The notes under the pieces were generated by a model that was given only the letters and a program-made list of their open reading frames with translations, was not told the DNA's origin and ran no database searches. 64,000 bases of DNA from Stegostoma tigrinum (taxonomy: Eukaryota), in the NCBI RefSeq assembly GCF_030684315.1, contig NC_081355.1:75478924-75542923 (forward strand), read 5' to 3'. The translations under genes were made by a program, and so were the position numbers. Below are positions 25,861 to 38,126 of this stretch, piece by piece (positions within the stretch are counted from its first letter, which is position 1; each line of letters starts with the position of its first letter).

Positions 25861-28363
25861 AGTTGAAGAAAATGGCAGTGAGGCCTCTACACGTGAAGTC
25901 TCATCATTCTCCTTCACCTCTTGGTGGACTTTCACTCATTCCTACTCCGTCTGGAAGCTGCACAGCAGCCAATGGAGACTTCTATTCCTGCTGAGCTTGT
26001 TGAAGAAGTTGTAATTACTGTATTTTTCTACACTGCCTTCAGAATAGCACTAGGCCAAAAGTTGTCCAGCAAAGGTGATGTCCACATGAGATCCACGAGC
26101 AGATAATTTATGGGTAATGTTAGAAAGATAAAGCAATTTTGATTACAAAGTTCCATGATCACAAAGACTCATGTCATGCTATCAAAGTGTGGTAGAGTGG
26201 CTCCCCGAGGAGATCATTTTCATTGCTCCATAGGGAGCTCTGAGGTATGTGACTTTCTCCAACTGTGCATTGCACACCAAAGCTTTGATACAACGTCGAG
26301 AGTAGAAACTCTGCTAGTACACCCCTTCCAAACTGCTATGGAATGTGACTTTGAAATGGGAAGTTAAGATTCTGCTTTAATGACTTGTTTTTAATATAGT
26401 TGCTCAGCTGATAATGACTAGGAGGTAATTTGAGCACACAATGTGATTGATTGATGTACTCCAATGCTGTTGACTATAATTTCCAAGCTGCAATCTTAGG
26501 CACCAATTGATGTGCCAATAAAGTGCAAATTAAAGATAGATGGGAGGCATTTCTGAGTCAATGGAAGCTTGAATAGTGCAATTACCCCAGGAGGAAATCT
26601 AATTCCAGAGTTTATTTGTTCCCAAAGGAAAAAAGCAATATCTTACTTTGCCCAATCTGCATGTAGTGTCTGTCAGTTTATGTGAACATTATTGTGCAAT
26701 TGACTTTCAATTTGACATTGCAAAGTTCTAACTTTGCTTCAGTACTAGTAAGTTGCAAGCTTCACCTGTCATACATGAAGTTCCCTCATTCTTCATGTTT
26801 CTTGTTGTCAAGCTGTTGCTTTGGCCCTGTTGGCTGTCAGCCTATCCACATTTCTGTTATCTCCTTTTACATAATCATTAAGGTCCTCAGTTTAACTATA
26901 GAACCCAGACACAGGAAATTCCTGTCCTCTTTTTAGTCCAACACCTTCCCCCTGTCAATTTTGGAGTTGCAGTGAGCTGTTTGAACACTGTACCCAATAC
27001 TCCCTGTTTCCCCCCCATTCACTTTGAGGCCTCACCCTGTTATCAACAATCATCTCTTACCATTGTCACGATCCCTTCAGGGATCCAATACAATGAAGCT
27101 CATCCTTAAATTCCAGTTGCCTGCTTTCTCCAGGACTACAAGGAATGTCCCTCACAAGGACACTGACCATTAATGGTCCAACCCCAAGTCTGACTCAGCA
27201 GGATAGCTGGCATAAGCACTGTCCATGCCCTGGATGGACAGTCTACAGCACCCCACCTAACCCACCTGTAATAACCAGAATGCTTGCATGCATCCTCCAA
27301 TACAAACACTCATCCCTGGGCTCTGGGAGGAACAAGCAGCTATGTGATGTTGGCCAAACCCCTGAACTGATCTCAGGTAAGCTCCTTGTGTGATTATGAT
27401 GGCATTCCCTGACTGTCTGTGGGCCCTCTTCACTCCACCAAGGATTTCTTGCCATTTATTTGAAGCACATGTAGTACATTTTCTGTGTAAAATGCTGGCA
27501 CGTACTGGAGGTCTCACATTGACGCAGCAGAAAGTTGTATGTTCCTGATCTGACTGATAGATTGAGTGATGAATGCTTCCTACCAAACCCAGCTGGCTGT
27601 CTTTCCCTCTGCACTTAAAACATTATTAAGTCTTATTAAGCTACTTCAAATTTATACCTGAACGTTCACTCTGCTCAACCGAAGTCATTTGTTTTCTACT
27701 GAATTTGAATGACAATGTCAAAACAACAATTTGAGTTTATATAGTAACTTTAAAGTTGAAAAACTTTGAAACAAGGAAAGTGTTGTTATGAGGATCAACA
27801 AAAGGCTTGGCAGAAGAGATGGCTCGGTTTAAGTGAAGTTTTTAAGCAGAACGAAAGTGGAGAAATCCGAGGATTTTGGGTGTAGGCAATTTCAGAGCAC
27901 AAGGTGCCTCAGTAGCTGAACACAGAAAACATTGGCATCAGAGGAATGAGAATTTGGACTCAATAACTTTTGTATAACATTTCTAATCAGACATATCCAA
28001 TAGTGAACATTTTATTCAAATACAGAATGGTTATCAATTTTTATTAGTCGTGAGAAAGAATTAACTTTAACTTACTTAATGCTGTTCAGATTAATTTACA
28101 ATCATCCATAAATGAAAATTAGACAAATTGCTAATGAGACCCACTTGTCAGTGTTCTCTAAGAAGCTAGTTAAAGGGAACAAACTGCACAGTGGCTCTCT
28201 CAGGTACCCTGCTTGGGGTATATTTAATTCAGAAGTTGTCCAGAAAAAAATCAACCACTACACAAAATGTTCACTTACAACAGTGTAGCTCCTGAACACA
28301 GCAAGTAAATGTTTTGACATGTGCAAGTAAATTACTCCATAGCATGTTTAATGAAACACTTAC

Positions 28364-28486
28364 TTCACAAATGCAGTTGAACAAATCCCAATCAAAATTG
28401 GTTAATTTGTTGGCCAATTGCCAGGTATTCATTCCAAGTATTTGGATAGTTCGTTGTAGTATTTCATCATTTTCTGCTGTAAGAGT
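28364..28486 (-). CDS. RAPGEF5: RAPGEF5 exon, start of RasGEF domain: TLTAENDEILQRTIQILGMNTWQLANKLTNFDWDLFNCICE
   Basis: 123 nt; ttccag|ACT ... GAA|gtaagt. Confidence 0.93.
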
Positions 28487-28699
28487 CTGGAATAGACACA
28501 CAAGTATCAGATTAATAACTGTATATATGATTTCTGCTGGATAAATAATGAAGAAGTTGGATGGCCCTGGAATGTTGCTAAGGGACAACTGATATCACCA
28601 TCTAGTTTTTCTGATGGCGAAATAGTCATTACTCCGCATAGATGGAGTTGTGCCTGGCAAAGCTCCGAATCCCCACCCAGGCAGGCTCAAAAGACTTCA

Positions 28700-29760
28700 C
28701 TGGGAAAGTGAAAAATCCGTTAGCAATTTCTCTTTGCCTGGAACCTTCAGAAAGTCTCCATTTAAATCAGAATTTGCAAGGTTCTGAAGAAATTAATAAA
28801 TAACTAGTCAGGAAAAATCAGACTATCTAGTGGTCTAACTCCTGAGTAACTATTTAACCGAACACACTCTAACCGGACACACTCTAACCAAATACATCTC
28901 CCCTAGATCACGCAAAGGCCCAGGCCCCAATCTAGTAACATCAGGACCTGACATTTCTGAATTGCTTTGCATCTGCCACCAGTGCTCTCCATCCTCCCTT
29001 ACCCCACTGCTGAACACAACCTCCCTTCCCCCAACAACCCTGGATACTCCTCCCACACCAGATCCAACCTGAACTGATCCGAATCCAGTGCCCACTACCA
29101 GACCAGATCAGACTCAACCTTCCTCACCCTCAAACCCTGCTGGAAAGGACCAGCTCAGACCCCCTGTGCTCAAACTCACCCGGCCCAACCCTCCTCCCCA
29201 ACAGACCTAGACCTCACCGACTACACCCTGCCAGACAGAACCTAACACTCCCCTCCCAACCCCATTGCCAGACCTTACCCACACTGTTTCTAACACACAC
29301 ACACACAAACACACACACTCCCATCCCTCAATGGACCTAAGTTCTCTCAGCTACAACAATGCATCACATACCTCATCGCACCCCCCCCCCCAACCTAGGC
29401 AACAAACAACTTTGCACACTACCCCCTTCTAACTTCGCATCCTACCCCTACCCAGCTGGAACCCTACTTACCTGGCACTCAACCCCTACCATCTGGCATC
29501 CCACCACCCTCCCCTGTCCTCCATCACCACCGCCCTGCCCCCCCACCCCAAACGAAGCACCCTACATTTTCTTAAGTACTTAAGACAGCAGGTGTCAAAC
29601 TGGACTTAAAATGCTGCAGCTGATGGCTGAGAGAAAGGGGTTATGGGTTTGCCTTCCCCCTGACAGTTCTGGTCATACGAAAGAAGTGACAGAAAAGGAG
29701 TATGGCTCCACATTTCTGAAGAAGCCTGACCAGAATCTCCCCTCAGAAATATGGAGCTCT
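28700..29760. repeat. C-rich dispersed repeat of unknown class; related copy at about 63300-63960
   Basis: Shared motifs ttacctggca...ctacca(t/c)ctggcatcc and AT-rich left flanks ending tctaac; contains (CA)n at 29293-29318. Confidence 0.5.
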
Positions 29761-29814
29761 CTCCCTTCACACAAAAAAGGAAGCAGCGGCAATCTGTGCC
29801 TGTTTCCCACTGTT

Positions 29815-30095
29815 TGAAAAAAGCATCAAAGTCCCATCACATCCTGGTAATGACCTCCTACAAACTCTTACATCAGGCACAAGATACAGAATCCTGAACA
29901 CGCACAAGCAGATTCAGGAACGCCATTATCAAACTGTTGATTGGACTCAAGCCTCAAATAATGTAATCTGTATGACTCTAAGTCTTCTTGATCTGTACAT
30001 CTTTTGCTTGTTGTGATCTGCCTGTACCACTCATAAACAAAGCTTTACACTGTATTTCGGTGCACATGATAATAACATCAGAATCAAATCAAAAC
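29815..30095 (+). mobile_element. Rex1/Babar LINE 3' end
   Basis: Translates as HPGNDLLQTLTSGTRYRILNT..SRFRN (LPSGRRYR-type motif), with a typical 3' UTR. Confidence 0.7.
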
Positions 30096-30203
30096 AAATC
30101 ATTCTATACATGAACAGTTCTCAGCAGATATCACAGAGTAGTGAGATAAGCAAGGAATGTTGTTGTATGGTACACTGCATAAAATAGGAAAATTGTTTCG
30201 TAC

Positions 30204-30301
30204 CAAGATATCAGTGGGATCTTTTTTACAAACAAATATGCGAGTAGTGGAATCCAGTGATGTAAAAAGAGACACATCATCAGGCTGAAGAATTTGCCTT
30301 T
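30204..30301 (-). CDS. RAPGEF5: RAPGEF5 exon, end of RA domain: RQILQPDDVSLFTSLDSTTRIFVCKKDPTDIL
   Basis: 98 nt; ttctag|AA ... TTG|gtacga; phase 1 to 0. Confidence 0.9.
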
Positions 30302-31210
30302 CTAGAAACAGGAAAACTTGAATTAAAAATCAGGCTAAACAACCACATCAATTCTTAAAAACCTGTTAAAACAGCAAGCAGTGGAACCACTTATCATCTG
30401 CATCAAAACAATCAATAGTTTCAAAATTAGGAACATAAATAATAATTGTATCTCCATTATTGTTGGAATTAGTATGCTAAGACAAAAGATTATAACCCTA
30501 TATCACTTAGACATTTGAAGATTTAAATACAGGGTGTATTTCTTTTCATGTACTAGCTTAGGTTTGAATGCTGTGAAGGTCACAGTTAAACAGCTACTTT
30601 TGACTTTAGTCAAAAATATTCTTTTGCCCCAAGTGCTAAAAGCCAGTTAGCTAATAAACCATTCAAAAAGAAACAGGGCAAAAGAAGGATTGATTCAGTT
30701 TGATTGCTGCCAGCCAACAAGCGTCAAAAGGAAATACGACAAAAGAATTTCAACTAACCTGCAAATCCAAGAAACCCATAATAAACTATTTAACTATCAA
30801 TAGTCCGCTGTTTATTCTCCCTGAATCATCAATACAGATTGATCTATGCATCACTTACAGTTTGGACTTATTACTCGTTTTAAATCTGTAAGTATGCATT
30901 GCATTATTATTTTTTCTTGCACTTAGCATGTAATGAACTAATTTCACTCTTAACTCGAGGAGGTCTGGTTAAAACGGGCTCCTTTTAAAACACAGGATCA
31001 TTCGGCCTCGAAGAAAGGCATTCATAAAAGAGAGATCCTTTCTAAATTAATCCTGCTGTGACCAACTGAGGGGATGGGGAAAATACAGAGCGGGAGCCAG
31101 TTCATCTGACCTCATCCGGAAGCTTGATATTTTGGGGTATCCTGGTTAGAACCTGATCATAACATGTGACAGAATCTTTAAATTGGCAGGGCAAGAAAAA
31201 AAAAACTTAC

Positions 31211-31360
31211 CATCAGTGGAAGTGACTGCCATGAGCATCAAATCTTCGTCAGATTGCTGGAGTTTCTCAGCCACAATGTGAAGAACTTGCTGTGCTGATG
31301 TTGACATCTTAGTTCGGAAACTGACATAAGAGTGATCTGCCACATAAACACGGCAGTAAA
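31211..31360 (-). CDS. RAPGEF5: RAPGEF5 exon, RA domain: YCRVYVADHSYVSFRTKMSTSAQQVLHIVAEKLQQSDEDLMLMAVTSTD(E)
   Basis: 150 nt; cggcag|TT ... G|gtaag; phase 1 to 1. Confidence 0.93.
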
Positions 31361-31681
31361 CTGCCGGGAAAGGAACGAAACATTTAAAGATAAACTAATT
31401 CTCAGCATTTTGGGATATATGGGTAAAACCTGCAGACAGCATGAAGGTATTGATTATTTAGCCTGAAAAAGAGATAATCATTACTTTCTAATGTTGTCAT
31501 ATTATAGCTGTCTGTACTTTCCAGAGAAAACAGTAATATAATACAAGAAGTCAAATGGCAATTTCAAAACAACACCTTTCTGTAAATTCGCATTCTGCTT
31601 GATGAGTGTGGGCTAATATCATAGTGAGTTAAGTGTGCATCTTGCTCACTGGTAGGACTATTCTAAATTTACAGATCACTG

Positions 31682-31815
31682 CTGAAATGAAACAAAAACA
31701 GAGGTGTCTGGAGAAACTCAGCAGGTCTGTGGAGAGAAAAAAAGTAATCATTTCAAGTTCAATGACCCTTCTTCAGAAAGTTCCAAAGTAAATTTCCATT
31801 TTATTCTATTTTTGT
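31682..31815 (-). mobile_element. Penelope-terminus element (family B), right arm split by the full-length CR1
   Basis: gagaaactcagcaggtctg; minus-strand CTGAAGA-agggtcattgaactt-GAAA; continues at about 36018-36040. Confidence 0.7.
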
Positions 31816-34800
31816 AGCTTTGAGTTGTTTTAGCGGCGGGAGTCCAGGAGAAAGTTCAAGGGCAGCCTGGGAACGTAAGCTTCCACCCAATAAATTTGGG
31901 AGCAAACTAACACCCGAGACACTACACGCATAGTGTCTCCCGCCCTTCCACCTCCTCTAGCCTAATAATAATGACTAAGTGTGGTGAGCAGGTAAGCTAT
32001 TTGCATTTTTTTCCTCATCTCTTCGTTATCTTTCGGGCTGGTCACCTCGACGCCAAACCCTCTGGGAGCCGGTAGGAAGGCAAAGCCGGACTCTGTTTGA
32101 GTACAGAACGGAGTAAACTTGCTGGTGCAGAAAACTGCAAAACTAAAAGAAAACCAACTAATTTTAAATAATTAACTAAGTAGAGATGGCAGGCCAGGTG
32201 ATGTGTTGTAGCTGTATGATGTGGGAGCTAGTGGATCCCATTGAGAACGGCAGTGGCCACATCTGCAGCAAGTATCGGCTGCTTGAGGAGCTCCGGATCA
32301 AAACTGAATCCGAACTCCAAACAGTGCGGCACGTCCAGGAGGGGGAGAAATACCTGAATGCTGTATTCCAGGAGGCAGCCACACCTGGTAGTTTAACTAA
32401 TGTTAATTCGATTGGCATGCAGGGACAGAAGTGTGTGACTGCGAGTAAGGAAAGTAGAGGGACCCTGCAGACAGGAGCACAAGAGGTGCAGCCCTTGACA
32501 TTGTCCCACAGGTATGAGGCACTTACTCCTGCGTGGATGGGGTACAGGGCTGCAGGAAGGATGAGTCAATTGACCATGGCACCATGGTCCAGGAAGCCAT
32601 TCAAGAGGGGGGAGCAAAAAGACAGAATGTAGTTGTAGGGGAATCCATCATCAGGGGGATAGACAGTATCCTTCGCGAGCAGGATAGAAAATGCCGCATG
32701 ACGTGTTGCCTGCCTGGTGCCAGGGTGTGAGACATCGCTGACCAGCTTGAGAGGGTACTAGAGAGGGAGGGGCAGGATCCAGTTGTTGTCGTCCATGCAG
32801 GTACCTACAACATAGGCAGGACTAGGAAAAAAGACCTGTTTCGGGATTAAGAAAAGCTAGGAACAAAATTTTTAAAAAAACAGGTCTTCAGAATCATAAT
32901 CTCTGGATTGCTGCCCATGCCACATGCAAATTGGCACAGGGAGGTGAGGATCAGCGGAGTAAACACGTGGCTAAAGACCGATGTGAGAAAGAGGGTTTCC
33001 TTTTCATGGGGCACGGGCATCAGTTCTGGGACAGGAGGGATCTACACCGCTGGAATGGACTCCACCTGAACAGGGCTGGCAAAAAGGGTAAATAGGTGGT
33101 TAATAGGACTTTAAACTAGTAAGTGGGGGGCGGGGGAAGGGAGAAGTGAGTGTAGAGGGAGAATAACAATTAATGTAAGGCAAAGCAGCAGGTTAGCAGG
33201 TGACGAGGAAGCTTCAACTCCATTGAAAATTAGGAAAAAAATTAAAGGGAAGAAGAACTCAACAGCTGTTAGTAATGGAGGTAATAGGACCCAAAAAGCA
33301 GGTGCAAAAACTGGCATAAGGGCACTTTATCCGAATGCTCAGAGCATTCCAAACAAGGTAGATGAGTTGACGGTGCAAATCATGGCAAATGGGTATGATT
33401 TAGTGGCCAGTACAGAGACATGGTTACAGGATGGTCATGACAGGGAGTTAAATATCCAGGGCTATCAAACTGTTCGGAAGGACAGACAGGAAGGTAAGGG
33501 AGGTGGTGGGATGGGCAATGAACATAGAAATAGCTAATGCATGTAAAAATGGTGCAGCAGTTATCAAGGGGGATTTTAAGCTACATATCGATTGCTCAAA
33601 TCAGATCAGTCATGGAAGCCTTGAGGAGGGGTTCACAGAATGCATCTGCAATAACTTCCTTGAACAATATGTAATGGAACCTACGAGGGAGTGAGCTATC
33701 CTAGATCAAGTCCTGTGTAATGACATAGGAATAATTAATGATCTCACAGTTAGGGATCCTCTCAAAAGGAGCGATCACAGCATGGTTGGATTTAAAATAC
33801 AGATGGAGCATGGGAAGGTTAAATCCCATACCTATGTCCTGTGCTTAAACAAAGGAGACTATGAAGGAATGAGGGAGGAGTTAGCTAAGGTAGAATGGGA
33901 GCAAAAACTTTATGGTGGGTCAGTTGAGGAACAGTGGAGGACTTTGAAAGCAATTTTTCACAGTGCTCAGCTGAAGTATATTCCAGTGATAAGGAAGAAC
34001 TGTAAGAAAGGAGAGAGCCAGCCATGGATGTCTAAGGAAGTAAAGGAAAGTATCAGACTGAAAAAAAAGCAAAGAGTAGTGGGAAACTAGTGGACTGGGA
34101 AATCTTTAAAGGCCAACAGAAAGCCACAATAAAGTCATAAAGAAAAGTAAGACAGATTATGAGAATAAACTAGCTCAGAATATAAAAACAGGCAGCAAAA
34201 GTTTCTATAACTATGTAAATTGCAAAAGAGTGGCAAAGGTAAACATTGGTCCTTTAGAGGATGAGAAGGCCAATTTAATAACTGGGAATGAGGAAATAGC
34301 CGAGACATTAAACAGTTATTTTGACTCGGTCTTCACACAAATAACATGCTGAAAACTAACGGCAAGAAGGTTAAAGCAGGTGAGGACCTAGAAACTATTA
34401 TCATCACTTAGGAGGCAGTGCTGGTCAAGCTAATGGGGCTAATGGTAGACAAGTCTCCTGGCCCTGATAAAATGCAATCCAGGGTGCTAAAAGAGGTGAT
34501 GGGGAAAATAGTAAATGCACTTGTAATTATTTACCAAAATTCACTGGACTCTGGGGTGGTTCCCGCAGATTGGAAAACAGCCAATGTGGCGCCACTGTTT
34601 AAAAAAGGAAGTAGACAAAAAGCCAGCATCTATAGGCCAGTTAACTTAACTTCGGTAGTGGAGAAAATGCTTGAATCTATCATGAAGGAAGAAATAGGAA
34701 GACATCTGGATGTAAATTGTCGTATTGGGAACACCCAGCATGGGTACAAGGGTAGGTCATGTTTAAATAATTTGGTGGAATTCTTTGAGAACATTACTTG

Positions 34801-36017
34801 CTTCGTGGACAATGGGGAACCTGTGGATGTGGTGTATCTGGATTTCCAGAGGCATTTGACAAGGTACCACACCGAAGGCTGCTACATAAGATAAAGTTAC
34901 ACGGTATTATAGGTAATGTATTGGCACGGATAGAGGATTGGTTGACCAGTAGAAAGCAAAGAGGAGGGGGAAATGGGTGTTTTTCTGGTTGGCAGTCAGT
35001 GGCTAATGGTGTGCCTCAGGGATCAATGTTGGGACCTCAATTGTTTACAATTTACATAGATGATTTGGAGTTGGGGGCTAAGCATAGTGTGTCAAAATTT
35101 GCAGATGATACTGAGGTGAGTGGTAGAGCAAAGTGTGCAGAATACACTGAAAGTCTGCAGAGTTATATAGATAATCTAAATGAGTGGGCAAAGGTCTGGC
35201 AGATGATATTGATAAGTGTGAGGTCATCCATTTTGTTAGGAATAACAGCAAAATGGACTATGTTTTAAATGGTAGAAAATTGCAGCACGCTGCTGTGCAG
35301 AGGGACTTGGGTGTCCTTGTGCATGAATCGCTGAAGCTGGGATTGCAGGTGCAGCAGGTGATTAAAAAGGCAAACGAAATTTTGTCTGCCATTGCTCAAG
35401 GGATGGAGTTTAAAAACAGGGAGGTTGTGCTGCAGTTGTATAGGGTCCTGGTGAGGCCACACCTGGAGTACTGTGTGCAGTTTTGTTTCTTTACTTGAGA
35501 AGAGATGTACTGGCACTGGAGGGGGTGTAGAGGAGATTCACTCTGTTGATGCCAGAGTTGAGAGGGTTGGATTATGAGGACAGACTGAGTAGACTGGGAT
35601 TATACTCATTGGAATTCAGAAGAATGAGGGGGTATCTTATAGAAAGATATAAGATTATGAAGGGAATAGATAAGGTGGAGGCAGGGAGGTTGTTTCCGCT
35701 AGCAGGTGAAACTAGGACTCGGAGGCATAGCCTCAAAATAAAGGGAAGCAGATGTAGGACTGAGGTCAGGAGGAGCTTCTTCACCCAGAGGGTTGTGAAT
35801 CTATGGAATTCCCTGCCCAGTGAAGTGGTTGAAGCTACCTCGCTGAATGTTTTGAAGGAAAGGCCAGATAAATTTTTGAACAGTAAAGGAATTAAGGGTT
35901 ATGGTGAGTGGGCGGGTAAGTGGAGCTGAGTCTCAAAGATCAGCCATGACCTTATTAAATGGCGGGGCTGGCTCGAGGGGCCAGATGGCCTACCCCTGCT
36001 CCTAGTTCTTATGTTCT
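31816..36017 (+). mobile_element. Full-length degraded CR1 LINE (ORF1 zinc finger plus SGNH esterase; ORF2 APE plus RT)
   Basis: ORF1 CCSCMMWE...HICSK and VVVGESIIRG; ORF2 TETWL, GDF, SDH, KSPGPD, PQGS, FADD; TTCTTATG tail; 9-bp TSD TATTTTTGT at 31807-31815 and 36018-36026; many stops and frameshifts. Confidence 0.95.
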
Positions 36018-36121
36018 TATTTTTGTTTTGGATTTCTAGATCTTTTACCGTCTAATTAAGGTTGTATTCATACAAAGGTAGATTCATTTCTTATACATTA
36101 AAAAATGCATCAGTTGCAGTC

Positions 36122-36472
36122 CTTTATTCATTCATGGGATGTGGGTGTTGCTGGCCAGGCAGCATTTATTGCCCATCCCTAATTGCCCAGAGGGCAGTTA
36201 GGATTCAACCATATTGCCGTGGTTCTGGGGTCACATATAAGCCAGGCCAGGTAAGGATGGCAGTTTGTTTCCCTAAAAGTCATTAGTGAACCAGATGGGT
36301 TTTTCCAACAATTGACAATGGATTCAGAGTCGTCATTAGATTCTTAATTCTAGATATTTACTGAATTCAAATTCCACCATCTGCCATGGTGGAATTCGAA
36401 CCTGGGTCCCCAGAACATTATGTAGGTCTCTGGATTAACAGTCCAGTGATAATACCACTAGGCCATCACCAC
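36122..36472 (-). mobile_element. tRNA-derived SINE, full length
   Basis: Minus strand has A box TGGCCTAGTGG and B box GGTTCGAATTC, with tail cacatcccatgaatgaataaa. Related copies at about 2510-2695(-), 7380-7570(+), 10500-10630(-), 39950-40130(-) and 40250-40575(+). Confidence 0.9.
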
Positions 36473-36565
36473 CCCCTGTCATCTGTGTAATATTTGTCAA
36501 GTTTGGATTATGTTTGAAGGCAGAGGGATGTCACTCAAATTAAATAAATCCCCTGATGCCCAAGG

Positions 36566-37451
36566 CTGTGCACAGTGTTCAGAACAGACAGGATCAAGAA
36601 CCAAAATAAATTAGTCCCCAGAACTCAATGAAATTAATCAGGTGAACTGCAGGTTCCAGTCATTGCCTAATGAAACTCAGTCTGTGGCAGCAACATAAGA
36701 CAGATCATTTAACCAACACAACTGACCTTTATGGCTGCTGATGTAATTGCAGTTCATGTTTTTGGATACAAAAGAGTCCAAACTTAACTGAAAGAACTGC
36801 AAATGCTGTAAATCAGAAACAAAAACCAAAATTGCTGGAAAAACTCAGCAGGTCCGGCAGCATTTGAGGAGAGAAATTAGAGGTAATGTTTTGAATCCAG
36901 TGAGGAAGTGTCACTGGATACAAAACGTTAACTCTGATTTCTCTCCACAGGTGCTGCCGGACCTGCTGAGCTTTTCCAGCGATTTCTGTTTTTGAATCTA
37001 AATTTAACATTATGTTGCTTGTTTTATGGACTTGAACTGGTCACAACAATAACCAATTCTTCTGTGATTTCTACCCTGGACGATTTTTTAGCGAGACTTA
37101 GTGAAACGAGGTTGCTATTTTGGTTCACTTGGGACAGTGAGAGGTTTTCAGGTTTGGAGCTACTTAAACGTAAATGAAGAGTTCTCAAAGAAAACCAAAA
37201 CGTTTTAATTATTTCTGGTGTTCGACACAACAGGAGTGTTCCTGCTGGTTTAATAAAAAGAATGACGAGCTGTTTTTGCCCTAGACTTGCCCCCTCTTAA
37301 GATCACCATCACGGCCCAGTCTTATCCTGACACAGACTGAGTTTCATTAGACAATGACTGGAACCTACAGTTCACCTGATTAATTTCATTGAGTTCTGGG
37401 GACTAATTTATTTTGGTTCTTGATCCTGTCTGTTCTGAACATTATGCACAG
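36566..37451. repeat. 125-bp inverted repeat pair (36566-36690 and 37327-37451)
   Basis: The arms align without gaps, with 5 mismatches by eye; spacer 636 bp. Confidence 0.93.
36789..36993 (-). mobile_element. Fold-back Penelope-terminus mini-element (family B)
   Basis: Arms gctggaaaaactcagcaggtccggcagca and tgctgccggacctgctgagcttttccagc; centre tgaggaagtgtcactggatacaaaacgtt is a degenerate hammerhead; degraded 15-bp flanking repeat. Confidence 0.85.
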
Positions 37452-37629
37452 TTTTCAATAACCCAGGAAGATTCTTCTCATTTATTTACTAAACTCAAGA
37501 TCTGACTCATTTTCCCACATCCACCACAAAAGTCTGTTGTAAATGCAAACCACAGAGATCTGCTGATCAGCTACAACCAGTGAGTTCATAAATATTAGCT
37601 CCTTCCCTCCAGATTGCACCCATTTGAAG

Positions 37630-37826
37630 TTACAAGGTGTAGAGCTGGATGAACACAGCAGGCCAAACAGCATCAGAGGAACAGGAAGGCTGATGTTTCA
37701 GGCCTAGATGCTTCTTCAGAGAATGTCAGCTTTCCTGCTCCTCTGATGCTGCCTGGCCTGCTGTGTTCATCCAGCTCTACACCTTGTTATCTCAGATTCT
37801 CCAGCATCGGCAGTTCCTACTATCTC
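37630..37826 (+). mobile_element. Fold-back Penelope-terminus mini-element (family A)
   Basis: TSD TGCACCCAT(T/C)TGAAG at 37615-37629 and 37827-37841; minus-strand CTGAAGA...GAAACATC in the left arm. Confidence 0.9.
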
Positions 37827-38053
37827 TGCACCCATCTGAAGACTGACTCGTTATCAAGGGCTGAAATTTGGAAAAAAAAATACTGAGCAAATCGAAGATC
37901 TCCACATGGTCTTCAGTTCAACAGAAAAGCTTGCAAGTATTTTTTCCAGAGTCTCAGGGAGATACAGCTGTTCAAGTTTAAATTCTATTGAAATGAATCT
38001 AATAGAGAGGTTGGGGTAGGTTCTTTATCCACAGATTCTCCCCCCGAACTAAC

Positions 38054-38126
38054 CTTCTTCAGCTTGATATGCCTTAGGTTGCAGCCACTTCTCTCTGCAA
38101 CTGAATTGATGGAAATTTGTTGTATT
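38054..38126 (-). CDS. RAPGEF5: RAPGEF5 exon: NTTNFHQFSCREKWLQPKAYQAEE(V)
   Basis: 73 nt; ttacag|AAT ... G|gttagt; matches the recalled NKALFHQFSLKENWLQ. Confidence 0.88.

Noticed and set aside
36390-36470. tRNA-like A and B boxes as a tRNA gene
   Set aside because: It is the head of a multi-copy SINE with body and tail; no complete cloverleaf.
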